DNA of 43,202 nt from contig LVLI01000118.1 of the NCBI GenBank assembly GCA_001687465.1, positions 124,001 through 167,202 of the forward strand, given 5' to 3'. A program made the position numbers and the translations under genes. The notes below the pieces were generated by a model. That model worked only from the letters and a program-made list of their open reading frames with translations, was not told where the DNA came from and searched no databases. The DNA is from Halocafeteria seosinensis (lineage: Eukaryota). Shown piece by piece: positions 1-13,533 of the stretch (position 1 is its first letter; each line of letters starts with the position of its first letter).

Positions 1-61
1 ATCGTGGTCACCAGTTCCTAATTTTTTACAACCATTGTAGTCGCCCACAAGTCATATCGCA

Positions 62-228
62 GAAATTAAAATTGCAGTGCACTGAAGCAGTGCACTTTCT
101 GATACCAGCTCCACTGTTAAGAATCCCCAACATTAACTTAAACAATTGCGGAAATTAGAATTGCAGTGCACTTTCTGACACCAGCTCCATTGTTAAGAGT
201 CCCCAACATCAACTTAAACAATTGCGGG
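62..228. repeat. Two-copy tandem duplication, unit about 80-90 bp
   Basis: The block aaatt(a/g)aattgcagtgcact...ccagctcca(c/t)tgttaaga(a/g)tccccaacat(t/c)aacttaaacaattgcgg occurs at about 62-150 and again at about 151-228. Confidence 0.85.
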
Positions 229-413
229 TAGTCACCAGTCTACAGGGTCTACGTTGACGTTGCAGTGTCACAGTGTCACACATCCAAGGATAGCAGGGGA
301 AGGCGGAGAAAGCGAAACGCACGCAATAGCCGACGACGAATGTGTGTGTGACCGACGGCCCACCGCCGTGCCACCGGCAGTTGGATGTGAACCGCTACAC
401 TTAGGTAGCAGCT

Positions 414-1048
414 GGCGCCCGTGTCTGGCAGCAACGGGCCCGCTGTTCCACCACAAGAGCGGCAGCGCAAACGAGGGAATTCAAAGCATTGACGCAAACC
501 CGTACAGTACTTCAGCAATCATTTCCTTGTCCCCATGTCGGTACACCCACGTGGCTAGCTAGCAGTGCATTGCTTGATAGGATTGGGACGTTATTGTTGT
601 TTGTGTCCTCTTGCACGTACAAGTTGCTTGCTCTTCGGCTGGTCTCGTTTCTCTCACACACACATATGTGACAGATAGCCCACCGGCCGGGGAGTTGACC
701 GCATCCTAGCGGTATGCGCCCGTGTTAAGCAGTGACGGGCCCGCTGTTCCTGCAGCCTTGCTGACATGTGGGAACACAACCCTGGTTTTGCTCAGGAGGC
801 ATCGGGGGTGCCATGCCTGCGCCAACGATGTCAGGATTACCAAGGCTCACGTATCTGGTTTCCATCCGAGATGTTCTATCCGTCTCGCGGTATGACGCCC
901 AGCTTCTCTCCTGGCTTTAATGTGCGGCTTCCAAATGCTCCTTCCCGTCTGCGTCTCGTCGTTTCTCCCCAGTCTCGGCGCACCCGCATGGCTAGCTAGC
1001 AGTTCATTGCTTAGTCGGATGGGGAGGAAATTGTTTGTGTCCTCTTGC
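414..1048. repeat. Diverged direct repeat pair, probable repeat or TE remnant
   Basis: gcgcccgtgt...acgggcccgctgttcc occurs at about 415-449 and 716-750. gctagctagcagt(g/t)cattgctt...ttgtttgtgtcctcttgca occurs at about 554-614 and 991-1048. Confidence 0.65.
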
Positions 1049-1619
1049 AGAACAGCAGCAGTAGACGGTTTAGCGTTCTGTGCTGCTTGTAGTAGCGACC
1101 TTGTCGTAACTTACTCGTAAGTATTGGAGGGATGGATAGAAGTTTCACATCCCAGAGCAAAGTTGCAATTCCAGAAGCAACCTCGATTGAGGTCGTGGAA
1201 GCTCTTCTGTGGAATTTCAATTTAGCCAACCCGACACTGAGTAACAGGGGAGATGCGGAACTTTCGCAAGCTGATGACGGCCAAACTGTCAGTCACGTTG
1301 ATGCGCCACAACGTGAAGATGTGTGTGTGAAGATGTTGGAGCGGTTCGGGGTAGGGGGTCACATACGTGTGTGTTACCCCTCACACCGTGTAGCGTACCC
1401 TGTAGCATACAGGTCGTCCGGTAGGAGCAATACTAATACAGACCGAGTCAGTGTGTGTATCGCAGCACTTCCGCTATGCGGTGCTGTCAAATACACAGTT
1501 TCTCCAGACGCTGCGGCAATGCGTTACCACAGGGATAGAAATCAGTTGTGCTGTTGTGCATGCATCGAAATCAAACGGGGACTTCGCGCAGCATGCATGG
1601 AACGGGAGTCTGTGATCAA

Positions 1620-1930
1620 GTCTGTGCACAAGAGCAAACTCTCCCTGCAATAAATCTCTGACGTTATGACAGTAGCAGTGCTTTCTCTTTAGATAAAAAG
1701 CAATTCCTTCTCGCAGGTTCCCACTTGCCAAGGTCTTGAAGTGGTGAATGGGGGCGACTCGGGAGTTTGCAGCAGAGCTAATAAGTTGTAGCTCAAATAT
1801 ACCAATGATGTGCTCTTCTCAATATCCATATCGACGCAACCAAGAAGACTAGAAACTTGTAGTCCCCAACCGGTAGAATGACACAGGCCTTGTTGAAGAA
1901 GGCTCCTTTCCTTCCCTTTCTTCCGAGCAA
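1620..1930 (-). pseudogene. Possible decayed C-terminus of an RLE-type non-LTR retrotransposon ORF
   Basis: Broken minus-strand frames read KGAFFNKACVILPVGDYKFLVF / YGY*EEHII...LREGIAFYLKR, loosely parallel to KVHKYGAVC..KLIPFAFQSYGGIGE...LREGLSCRLMR at 42856-43202. The similarity is weak and judged by eye. Confidence 0.3.
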
Positions 1931-2373
1931 CTTATTTCGGTTCAACGTCCTGGTTCACACACACTGTACTCGGTTGAGTTGTTCAGCGTGTGTTACACCA
2001 TTTCTGTTGCGTTGCAAGAGAAAAAAAATTGCCACTGGTGTACCCCGCACCATTTAAAGAACAGGTTGCATCTGTTACGTAGAGAAGAGCAGTTGCATAT
2101 TCCACACCAAAATTGCAGCCTCAGGTTGACTCACGCTGTTCTTCTACGTACCGACTCGCATTCTGTGACTCGTTCGGGCGGCATTTATTCTGCATAACAC
2201 TTGCTGTACGACACTCATCAGAGTCCTAACTATCAAAGCCGCACTCTCAAACGTGGCGATGCACGTGTTGTGGTACGGGCCAGCTGAGGTGTAGAAGTTG
2301 CGCGCGATTGCTGATCGTACAACACAAGGTGTCCGAGCGTACTGGTTCAAACCAGAGGAACTACTACCCTGTA

Positions 2374-3691
2374 ATGAGGAGAACTAGCAGTGACGAACAG
2401 TATCGAACGCACTATTTAGGCGAGCATGTGTTCCATGTTCGGAGACGATATGTAAACCTACAAGTGACTGACACGACAACAAATAGCGTGGTTGTTAGAG
2501 GAGCTGATCTGGTAAGAACGTAGTGGTTACCCATTGAAGTCGACATATTGTCAGAGAGTTTGAGTGTCACAGGCAAGAGGGAAACCTGTTATCATCCATA
2601 AATGTTTCAATCTTCAATCAAGAGGTCAAGGTGCGTGCCTTCAGTCCGTTAGATCCATTGGTACTTGTAGCGGACGTTTGACGCATCTGTAACTGTTTCG
2701 GCCTTGCTGCAGCGAAGAGACTATTGGTTGAGATAAGGGTACTTCGCCATTTCGGAAATCATGGAAACATTATACATCTTATAGATTTAATGATGTATCC
2801 ACCGGATAGTTCCACGTGCGAGGCACTATACTTGGTGACCGAGTCGTTTGACTGCAGCCTTCGGGCGTTATTGCGCTCCAACCAGGTTTTCCAAGCCAAG
2901 CACATACAATACTTTTTATACCAGATATTACGGTCCCTGAAATACCTTCATTCGGCTGGAATTGCCCACACAAATTTGTCCAGTGCGGAAGCAATGGTGA
3001 ATAACCGGTGCGACTTGTCTCTTGTTGGATTCGGAAATGCTCACGATGGCCCGCTGATACCGGAAAGGATCTTCGGAGACGAATCGATCCCTTTACGCCA
3101 CAGAGCACCTGAAGTTCTGTGCGAAAATTATAACTATCCATTTGCTACTGACATCTGGGCCACCGGTTGTATACTTGCAGAGTTCATCCTTCGCAGCTCT
3201 GCCACATTTGTGGGGGATACCAGTTCCGAATGTCTCAGTTCAATTTGTACAGTCATAGGGAGTCCTAGTCAACAGGAACTTGAAGATGTGATGGGCACAA
3301 AGGATGAGGAACTCAGAGAGCAGCTGAGATCTACTCCCGCTTCCGGTATGCAACTTTCTTACCGCTCCATGTTCATATCCTAAATTAACACGCACGGTGT
3401 AATCGTGCCGCAGGCATTCGAGCGACGCTTGAGACCGCACTTGGTCCAACCGGCGCTGACTTGCTTTGGAGCTTGTTGAAATTCGATCCTAGGAAACGGA
3501 TGACAGCCGAAGAGGCTTTGCAGCATGAGTACTTCAGAAGGATTAGAAGGCAGTCAACAGAACCTATATGTAACGTACCTTTTCGGGTGTGTTGGGATTC
3601 GCTGGATTCGTCCCCTTCATCGTATATTTTCGATAGAATACGAGAAGAAACAGCTGCGATCGAGTCAGCAAATGCGGAAAAAGAGTTCTAA
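2374..3691 (+). CDS. MAPK-like (CMGC) pseudokinase, about 4 exons
   Basis: Spliced translation gives AKRLLVEIRVLRHF..HGNIIHL, HIQYFLYQILRSLKYLHSAGI, HRAPEVL, DIWATGCILAE and LKFDPRKRMTAEEALQHEYF. GT-AG introns lie at about 2512-2572, 2631-2712 and 3346-3412. HRD is replaced by HTN and DFG by GFG. Confidence 0.85.
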
Positions 3692-3731
3692 ATGAACTTC
3701 CTATTGCTGTCACTGTGGAAGTGAAGCTTGT

Positions 3732-5595
3732 TTATGCAGAAGAACTACCCTGGTTGACCAAATTTAGCCGGCTCAATTCAGCAATGATACCTTGGATGTC
3801 ACTTCGTTGGACAGCATTCAATCCGAGACTGCTGGCCACTTGATCCTTTACGGCCTCATCTCCGTCACGCGGGCTGCGTTCAAGAAGCGCTTCATAAGCT
3901 CGACGGAGCAATACAACAGAGGCACCAGCAATGCAGTCAAACGGGGCAGCATAGTCGGCGTTAAGCATGCTGACCGACGCTGCTCCTTTAATTAGCTCCA
4001 TGACAACCCCCGCAGAAGAGGACTCAACAGCGTAATGCAACGGTGTTTTGAGGGACTGCTCATCAACTACATCAGGTGACGCCCCCAGCTCCAACAGAGC
4101 AGCGGTTGCCAAAGGTTGGTTGTCCATCGCAGTAAAATGTAGCGGGGTTGTGCCTGCCTGTATGCGACCAACTTCCCTCGCTAATTTGAAATTGACGTCC
4201 GCTCCCCCTTTTGCGAGGAATCGTATTGTTGCAACATCTCCAGTTGCCGATGCTTTCATAATTGGTGGATACCCGTACCTATCCGTAGCATCAACAGAGG
4301 CACCACTTTCAATGAGAACTTTCAGCGTCTCAAGTTGATGGGTTCCCAGTTTCCCGCGATGATTTTGCAAAAGATCAAGGATAATGTTACAAAGAGACTC
4401 ATTAAAGTCGATTTCTCCGGACTTTACCAGTTGTCTAATTATGCTTGTGCTGTGTTCGTCCGACGAGCTTGCTACCGCTTTGGTAAGGAGACTTTCGCGT
4501 TGCTCCCGACTTAGCGCAGATGCCGATTGGTCCAGGAATTCTGTTAGAACACCCCAAAGTTCCTCGTCAATAGCTTGCTGATAAAGAGGAGAACGCCCAC
4601 TAGCCTGGTATGCGAACATATCCGCACCAGCTTTTATCAGCTTCTTGGCGGCTTCTGAGTTCTTAGTTCGTATTGCCCTTTCCAATGCCCCTGGGCTTTT
4701 GCTCGCGTCGATTCCCCTGTCAATGAGGATGTTGAACATCGTGGTGCTATCGCAGCTCAATGAGTTTTCCCGCGAATAGTTGTCCAGGGAGAGAGCAGTC
4801 GTGAGTGGATCGGTGTCCCACTGATGGTACTCTTCGGTTGCTTGCACCGTAGTGTCTATTCCAGCTGCCAACAAATACACAACCAACTCTTTGTTTCCAC
4901 TGTAAACCGCGTTTGTTAATACAGTTGAATCGGACGTAGCTCGATTCATATTGGCTCCTGCCTCAACTAGACTCTTGGTTGCGCTGTCCTGGCCATATTG
5001 TGCTGCAAGTAGCAGGGGAGTGATTCCTGCCTTATTCTTGGGGTCCGCATTAGCTCCTGCTCCTAACAGAACCGACACAATTCCGCTCCTATCAATACAC
5101 GGGCTCCATGTTTTCGCATGGGAAACAGCAAAATGAAGGGCGGTATTTCCCTTTACAGTGTCAACAGCATCCAAGCTGCCACCTGCAAAAGCCCCTAGCA
5201 GCTTCTTGAAGAGAGCGGCATCGGCGATGAGCGACTCCGCGGCAAGGTGAAGAGCAGTCTTTCCCTCACCGTCCCGGGTCGACCCAGATGCATTCATCGA
5301 GAGCAATTTGTCAACAATTTGCTCCAGAGCATTCTTTGACTCTAGATCCGTTTGCGATATACCCTTGGCAGCCCTAAGTGCCGCATGAAGTGGAGGAGTA
5401 GAGCCATCCTGTGAGAAACGTAAAAATTCCGCTGGGTTAAGTGTGTGAATCGACTACCTACAGTAGTTGGCAGTCTATTCTTACGTCAGGGTCTCGCGGG
5501 CCTGCTCCATCGCGAAGTGCATCAACCACACCTTCGACGAACAAGCTCCGGCATGCATCACAGAGACGGACTGTCTCAGCAGAAGGTTTATCCAT
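3732..5595 (-). CDS. Ankyrin-repeat protein, 2 exons
   Basis: Many ANK motifs (GKTALHLAA, GNTALHFAV, GITPLLLAA, GTTPLHFTA, KTPLHYAV). An upstream exon MDKPSAE...PRDPD is joined by a GT-AG intron at about 5485-5411. Confidence 0.9.
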
Positions 5596-5940
5596 TAGCA
5601 AAGATATATAGGGGTCAAAGAGCAGTGTGTAGCTCTCCAGGAAAGACACTTCAGGTTTAGTTCGTCTTTCACTTAAAAGATCATTCCATCTTTTTATTTC
5701 TGTGGACGGGACTCACTCTTTTAATCAATGTAGACACTTAATGTACTTATTAGTTTTGCTACAATCTTCGAAACACCTTGTGAAGCTTCTATGAGAAATC
5801 CGCTCCGCATTGGCCTTGACTCACACGTTCGCGAAATCGCTCCTGATCTGGCCTCGGGTGGCTTCAGCGCTACAGATTGCGTTGTGCAACATCTTTCGAG
5901 TGTATAGGAGCGAGTTACCTTTACGCTAAAGCCAAAGGGA

Positions 5941-7194
5941 TCAAGAGTCAGGCACGGTCACTATGTACGCAGTAAGATGCAGGTACAGCGACTTCTTGGA
6001 ATGGAGATTGATCTTTTTCCGATACACATCCGTCGGTTTTTGATAACTGCAACAAGAACAGGGAGAAGCTTCTCAAAGAGCATGAATTATCCGCATCTTA
6101 AATGAGACCAAACTCATCGACTTACATCTCCAGAGCTAGCGGCCCACCCTCGGGCAGGACTTCATCCATTTCCATAAAACTCCAGCACCTTACAGAAACG
6201 TATTTCTTCTTCCTTTTGTAGTGTTTGAATTCAAAAAACACGGCACAATTCTTTTCGACTAACCGATCTAGAGGAGTCTGTATATATACACGGGCGTCGA
6301 AACTGACATGTCGACGTTCTTTGAGATCAGCAATATCAGTGTTTTGTGGTGGTTCCGTCAGCACACCTCGACTGTCGGCAACGCTCACGGTAATCATTGG
6401 CTCTTGATAAATTTCAGCATCTTTTAGACCTATTTTATGGATATCTATCACCAGATACTGTTCACCTGCTTTTGCCTCCGCAGGTAGATTGGCGAGATGT
6501 TTGTCTAACAGTTCTCGAGGACCCAACTCGTCGGCTCTGTCGGGGGCGTCGCTTTTTCTAATGCCAATTTTATCGTGCGTTTTTCCACCTTCCTCCTTCA
6601 GAGTTTCTGCAGCTCTCCTCCTGTAGGCAGCTCGAACTTCGCGTTCGTCCGGTATTCCTAATTCCGAGTTGGTTGCCCCCCACTGTTTATTGCTGAGATC
6701 CACAGGGAATGATGTATATTCATCCACTAGGCGTGTTGCATACTTTCGTATCTGAGATAAAGTAGATGCTATTTCTTCCATGGAGGGACCCGATTCTGCT
6801 CCTCCCGTTTCGGACGTTAATCGGTACTTCCTCGCCGATAGACACTTCCTGAGTTTCGAGAAGAATGCCTGAAAGCATTAACGCCATTCTACAGTACAAC
6901 CGAATACCAAACTCCATCAGCCATTGAATTCGAGTCTGCTTACTTTCTCTGGAAGCTCTATAGAGGGACTCTCTAGTATCTCATTCACGATTCGTATGGC
7001 CCTGCAGTGGTATCCATAACAAACACATGCACATCCCATAGGCACCACCATTCTCTCACGTACTTATCATACGCATCCGAAGCCTCCACTATCTGGCCCC
7101 ACTCGTCTGTTCGTAAGCTTTCATTCATCTCATCGAGAAGATCTGTGATAAGATTGCCCCCGGCTGAAGCAGCGGCCGTGGTGCTAGCTGCCAT
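5941..7194 (-). CDS. AIDA: Axin interactor, dorsalization-associated protein (AIDA N-terminal domain plus Aida-type C2 domain), 3 exons
   Basis: N-terminal DEWGQIVEASDAY. C2 domain KIGLKDA..Y.EP.ITVSV, AVFFEFKHYK.KKKY.SVRCWSFMEMDE, GPLALE. The last exon YQKPTDVYRKKINLHSKKSLYLHL ends at TGA 5941-5943. Confidence 0.9.
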
Positions 7195-7360
7195 GATATC
7201 AAGCTAGATAGGTAACGTATGATGAAGAATTGTTGCTCCTCCCATTTATTTATTTATTAGCAGCTATTAAGTAACAATACGACAATGGAGCAGAAATCTA
7301 TAATTTATCGAGTATGTACTGCCTCGTGTATACGAGTTTGAAGTCTTGCCATATCTACCA

Positions 7361-7986
7361 ATGTTGCGTGGTACACAGAGTCTTCTCAAGGAACGACTGC
7401 TCGCCTTGCTGAATCAAGACATCGAGCAGAAAGCATCAGTTCAGACGGGACGGACTCAGAGGCGACGATTTGGAGGAAAATTGATCGTACTCGAAACAGA
7501 AGCCATCCACGCATTGGAGAGCTACCTGCCTCGAATTCTCGACAGACTCATGAAGGAAGCTCTTCGCTATAGGAGAGCAGTGTCGTATGTATTGATAAAA
7601 ACACTCCTTCCCAACCTACGATTAGCACCAATTCTAGCGTGGTACTTCGCAGAGGCACAAAAACTCATGGCAAATTAGAGCCAGAGTGTGTTAACGTGGC
7701 AGCAACCATATTACATAGCGGTAGAAAATGTATTCGGAGAATTCACACGCGGAAAGGATACAAACGGGAAAGAGGAACGGAATACATTCACAGACAATTA
7801 GAAACATACAGTGAATCCCAACCCTCCAGTGTCATGCATGCAAAGACTCGAAGAATAGACGGTGACATTCATCCAGCATTCCTAGATTACCCAACCCAGG
7901 ACGACACAGGCAACTGTTCCGAAGGTCTAAAGTCGCAAGAAGCCAGACACATTGTACATGAACAATTTCTACGTGGGGATAAATAA
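7361..7986 (+). CDS. Hypothetical protein, possible histone-fold (CENP-W/T-like), 2 exons
   Basis: Two overlapping ORFs join in frame through a GT-AG intron (about 7585-7651), giving EAIHALESYLPRILDRLMKEALRYRRAVS-GTKTHGKLEPECVNVAATIL. This has a helix-loop-helix histone-fold-like pattern. Confidence 0.4.
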
Positions 7987-7992
7987 CGTTCG

Positions 7993-10900
7993 CTAGGTTT
8001 CCTCTCCCGAATCAGCTGGTTGCTGCTCTGACTGCTCTTGTTTTCTCCAGCTTCTGGGGGTGTAAAGCATGGCAGAAGAGCGATCCTCCTCTTTGTCGGA
8101 AGCAGAACTGCTTTTCCTCGCAGTGTTATGGGACGTCATCTCTTCCGCTTCGGCGTCATCTTCACGTGCCCTCAGTAGCATCTGGTGTACCCGGTGTCTA
8201 AGAGAGCTGATCTTGGAGTACGAAATATCGTAAGAAGCTGCACGGTGGCGGATTCGTCGGAAAGCTTGGAGCCATATTCTGTACGGCTGTTTTAACGCTG
8301 TTTGCGAAGTCAGGGTACTAGGGTCGAACTCTTGAGAAGCAGTCGTTTCCAATATGGCCACAGGTAATTTTGTGGCCAGGTACTGAATTGAATTCATGAA
8401 ATCACGAGACAACAGTTCAGCCGTTGCTTCAGAGAGTATGGCCAACGCGGTTCCATGAACGGCAGGCCATCCCACAACAATCCACCAGTCCCATATCAGG
8501 GTTGCGATTGACATGGGGAACGTCGCCAAGCTACTAAATTGAGTCATGAACCATCTACTTGCGCCGTACATATCCGGGGATATTTCGTACTTCATGAAAT
8601 GGTCGTGTAGATGGGGCAACCTTGATTGACGCAGGTACTTATGAATTTCGAAGTGCTCCTCAAGCCCCTCAAGGTCCGAAGAGAACAAGGACTGTAAGTT
8701 GTAATCCTTGTCATGCATTAGCCACGCTAGCAGGTGAAAGGATAAAGTCTCATCACCTTCGAACACCCTCAACAGCATTGCGGCGATATAGTTCATCCCC
8801 TGACAGTATGATATCGATGGGTCCCAAACTGCATAGGCAAGTAATACATTCCTCAAGCTCTTGCGGAGACGGATAACCTCGGGTGCGGCACCAGTGTCCA
8901 ACGGACGACTATCTCTTCCCAAGTCTTTCGATGGCCCACCGCCCTTCCGGGACGCACAAACGGAGTCCATCAACGTCTCAACATCATAGTCAACGCTTTC
9001 AGACTCAACTTGGCTTTTACCCCTCTCTACATGCGACTCAATTTCATCAATGGCGTGCTCGGCAAGATCACCGAATGTTCGATCCACATCAGTGGTTATT
9101 TGTATTTGTGGACAGCACTTCTGCTCCACAAATGTTCTAACGTTGCTTTCTAACTTCTTCTCACTTCCTGTTGCTGTTACATAGTCGGACAGCCAAGGAG
9201 GAAGTGGCAGGCATATACCGGCACATCCATTGATCCATTTAGGCAGTTCGTAAGTGTCGGCGTTCATGTTCGCAGCCCACTGATCCCGATAAATGCCACT
9301 GACAGTCTCTGCCACTTCCTTCAAGGACGTTTGGGCTTCGACGGTACATCTCTCTAGGTCGTTCCGGTAAGACGCGAGTGTATCCTTCGTCTTCTTAATC
9401 TGGTCTTGCAATCTGTTCCATTTTTCAGTTGCTTCAGGGGACAAAGTAAATCCTTGGCTGGTCATCTCCTTTGCTTTTAGGTTGACACTCCCGCTACTCC
9501 GAGATCGAGTAATACTGTTAAGGTCTTCACAGTTATTCCCATTTGCCACACCACTGGCCTTATCATTGTCGTCTGCGAAAGCGTCGGCGACTTCTTCCGA
9601 GCTAGATCCTTTTCTGTGAAACTGCTTCTTACGCAATTTCGAGGAAACATGCTTTAAAGCACTTTTGAATTTAGAACGACCCTTAGCAGAAAGTTCCTTT
9701 TTCGATTTATCATCAGCCGATGCTTTTGAGCTCGCGGCGACAGCTGCCTCGGCAGCGGCCACCATGTCATTCCCAGCCGAACCGGAAGAGCGCCCAAGAC
9801 CTCCACCGTACACTCGACTGGATGAAGCAAAGAGCATCCTATCATTGGGTGTCTGAGGAGTAGCATCAGGTTTAGGTGGCTTGCTCCTTGGGCCTTTGGA
9901 ATTTCCACTACGTCCCAATATACTGTGAAGTATAGCAGCCTCTTCCTTCTCCAATTCGACCAGGGAATGACCCGCAGAATCAATCTCAGCTCGGAGATGC
10001 TCCATTCGCGCTTGTTTCTGCGCACTGATTAGACATTGTTCGTATACACATCCAGGAGCTCCAGCTGAACTAACTTCATCTACTTCTTTCTGAATAGATT
10101 TGAGGGATGGTATGTTACGCCACCTGACTAATATTTGGGTGGAATGCAAGACGTCACACTTTGGGCTCTTGACATTCATGGTCTTCATTTCGGGCTCAGG
10201 GTAACTTAACGAAGTATTCCTCGCAGGTCGCGGACACGAAGCAGCGTCGCCCAGCTCGCTCTTTATAGCAGCGGAATGAGGTGCTTTCGCAGGCCGTCCA
10301 GAGTTTGCCATCATAATCCATAAAATTTGACGGAAACTTTGGGGGACTTCCGCTTCTGACACCAGCGTTTCCCAAAGCAAAACATCATCACGCAAAGGTA
10401 GCAGATGCCAGCAGGAACATACACGCATCATTCCAATGATCTCGTCCACCCGCAAATACGTACACACCTTACTCAACAGTACATGATCATAAAGTGGGTG
10501 TAAAGTGCCCCTACACCGTAGGACCCGCTTCAGTGATCGTCTTTGATTGATTCGAAGCCGCGTAGTACTGGTCTGTCTGCCACCTCCATCTTGAGCCACA
10601 ACAGCACTAAGGGTGTGGTCTCCTCTAAATCTAATTTGTCGAGATCGACTTGCCGATGTCCCCTGTAGCAGCGACTTATTTTCGGATACTCCCTGGACTC
10701 CACTTGTTTCAGCGACAGTAGAAGTCTGCGTTGCTGAAGCACCTTTCCTGAGACCACGAATAGTTTTCTCAAGCTCCTGAAATTGTTTTATCAAAGAAAC
10801 ATGTAAATACAGTAATTAGCGGAAAGCGATTTCCCAAGTAGTTCAACGCTTACTTCGTTCTTCTCCTGGAGGTTGGCCAAAGATACCTTCGCTTGTACTA

Positions 10901-11282
10901 GTTCATCCGCCAGACTGTCAGAGTGGTTATTCTGTTCATGAATGCATCGATTGTCGACCATGGATGCCTTCTTCCTTTCCCGGTGGACAGAGTGTTTCAC
11001 AAACTCGTCACTATCGCCATCAGCACTTCCAGTAGAAGAAAACGAGGTTCCTGGTCCGGAATCATACCCGGAAGATTGAATGTTTAGTTGTGCAATGCGC
11101 TCCGTGGCGCTAGTGACGCTTGTTGTCGCCGTTCCGACAGCTGTATCCGGATTGCTGGCCGACGTAGATGACGATCTTGTGTACTGGGCTACATCATCTG
11201 AATGGCGCGTTTCCCCGCTGAAGGACACTCTACTTGTATTCTCCTCCTCCACTTGCTTGTCCGAGCGCACCTGTTCTTGCAT
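7993..11282 (-). CDS. TBC-domain Rab GTPase-activating protein with an F-box-like motif and coiled coils, 2 exons
   Basis: TBC motifs QITTDVDRTF, LRNVLLAYAVWDPSISYCQGMNYIAAMLL, SRWFMTQFS and IWDWWIVVGW. F-box-like PLYDHVLLSKVCTYLRVDEIIGMMRVCSCWH. Intron at about 10853-10795. Confidence 0.9.
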
Positions 11283-11826
11283 CTCCCTCAACCATGAGCG
11301 CGTCCTAACGTGTCCTCAACAGCCTTGCGGCGCATTGGTGTCTAGGACTACCCCTTGCTAACTCATATACACTTAGGATTTCGAATCATTTTCGTTTAAT
11401 AACTTTGATTATTAAAGTTTGATACACCGTGATTTGGTGGCCTTTTGCACAACCGGACAAACTTTTCGCACCCTTGAACATCAGCTAAACGGGAGGCGGC
11501 TGCTGTAGAAAGGCGCTCCTAGTGTCCTGGATGAGGTATCTTGTATACGATTGTCGATTTTATCGAAAGGAGTACTTTCTTCTCTACCGTTGACCGAGGA
11601 CTGTGGTAAATAGTACGAAGAATTGACACGAAATGAAGAAATACGATGTCTTAGTCTAGCAGCACCATATGCCGAGTGAGCGACAATTTAGGCCTATTGC
11701 ACGCGTCGCTGAACGGAACCTCGATATTCAGTTCGTCACATAAAAGGAATAAGGTCTCTGGAGGTCGTTTCAATCCAAGGAATACCTCGAGGAGAGGTTG
11801 CAAAGTTCGCTCGACCCCCCGGAACA

Positions 11827-13533
11827 ATGCAGCGCTATACAGTACAACGACAACTGGGAGATGGCGCTTACGGGCGCGTTGTATGTGCCAAGGATAACGA
11901 AACAGGTGAACTAGTGGCCATTAAGGGTATTAAGAAGAGGATTGAACGATGGAATGAGGCGCTGGGACTGCGTGAAGTGAAAGCTTTAACGACGATAAAG
12001 AAACACCCCAACATTGTCAGGCTAAAGCAACTGATTCATGAGAATCAAATGGTGTATTTTGTGTTTGAATATTGCGAAAGTAATCTTTTAGAGGTACGTG
12101 TGCACATAAATGTTTAGGGTGGAGTCCTACGTATGAGCCTCCGAACGTTCGTCAACTCCACCTGGCCTGTGGTCTTCATTCATATCCCGCAGGTCCAAAG
12201 GAAATTCGGACGATTGCCAGAGCCCGTTATACGTAACATTGCTAAACAAATTTTACAAGGATTGAGTCATATGCATAAGCACGGATTTTTTCACAGAGAC
12301 ATCAAGCCGGAAAACCTTCTCGTTCGGGACTGCCCTTCGGAAGAAGCGTACAATGCTGCTACGGACAAGGCCGCAGTATTTCGAGATATGCAGATTAAAA
12401 TAGCAGACTTTGGTCTAGCCAGAGAAATACGTTCCAGACCGCCATACACTGACTATGTTGCAACGAGATGGTACAGGGCACCTGAGCTTCTGCTGAGGAG
12501 CGGCCCTGGCCAATATAGTAGTGCTGTTGACCTTTGGGCGGTCGGATGTATCCTTGGAGAGTTATACGCAGGTAAACCGCTGGCTGCTGGCGCTACAGAA
12601 GCAAACCAATTCTTCAAATTGTGTATATTGCTTGGATCTCCGACGTCGCAAGAATGGCAACAGGGCATTAGATTGATTCATAATTCCGGTCTCGTGTTGC
12701 CGAGCCAGTCGGATAGTGAAGAATCTCTGGAGCACATGTGTGCCGACGCTCCGTCTGAGGCCGTCGCCTTGGTGCGCCTGTTATTGAACTGGAACCCTAC
12801 CAGGCGACCAAATGCAGCAGCAGCTTTGAAGCACGCATATTTTCGCAGTACTGCGGCCCAGGATCTTTCCAGCCGTGGGGGAAGCGGCCGATCCAGTAAC
12901 AGTCGAAGCCATAGCGGACGTGCTCTCCAGCACAGTCATAGCTTCAGCACCAGTAGCGAGAACAGTAAAGCAAAACAAGGCTGGTACAAAAAGGACTATA
13001 AGTCCTTTGACAGTAGCACCAGTGAGTCGCGAGCGTTAAATTCCTCGCAGATTAGCATGTCCACTTCCGTCCTTCCCGAGCACAACACGCATAAGCATGA
13101 AGACACGGAGAATCGACCTTCTACTATTAATTCACCACTTCCACATGAAGTGGATAGCGTCATGGCGGAAGCGTTTGAGCTCATAGAAGCTGACGGAAAC
13201 AGAGCAACGAAGTCCTCTGCCACGTCTGCTTCCTACACTTCTTCGTTTAACCGTCTCACGGCTTCAACAGTGCAGAACCCAGAGCACCAACCAGTATCAT
13301 ACAGTACTTATTCAAGCGAAACAACGTCTGCTACAACGACTGGGGTAGGAACAAGCTCCAGCTACGCGGCTACCGCCACATCATCATACTCTGCAGCACC
13401 TGCAAGCACCACCTCAAACCAGTTTCCGAAGGCTCCCCTCTCACCCACGAATGGGCTGCAAGCTGATGCGTCGCTAGACGCTTCGGCATTTATGGAGCTT
13501 CTAAACGAACTAGAGCAAGAAAAATGCCAATAA
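11827..13533 (+). CDS. MAK: MAK/ICK (RCK family) serine/threonine kinase, 2 exons
   Basis: QLGDGAYGRV, VAIK, LREVKAL, HKHGFFHRDIKPENLL and KIADFGLAREIRSRPPYTDYVATRWYRAPE with a TDY activation motif. Intron at about 12094-12192. Ser/Thr-rich tail. Confidence 0.93.

Noticed and set aside
1132..1653. 173-aa ORF
   Set aside because: No recognisable motif, and it lies in repeat-derived sequence with gtgt runs. It is likely spurious.
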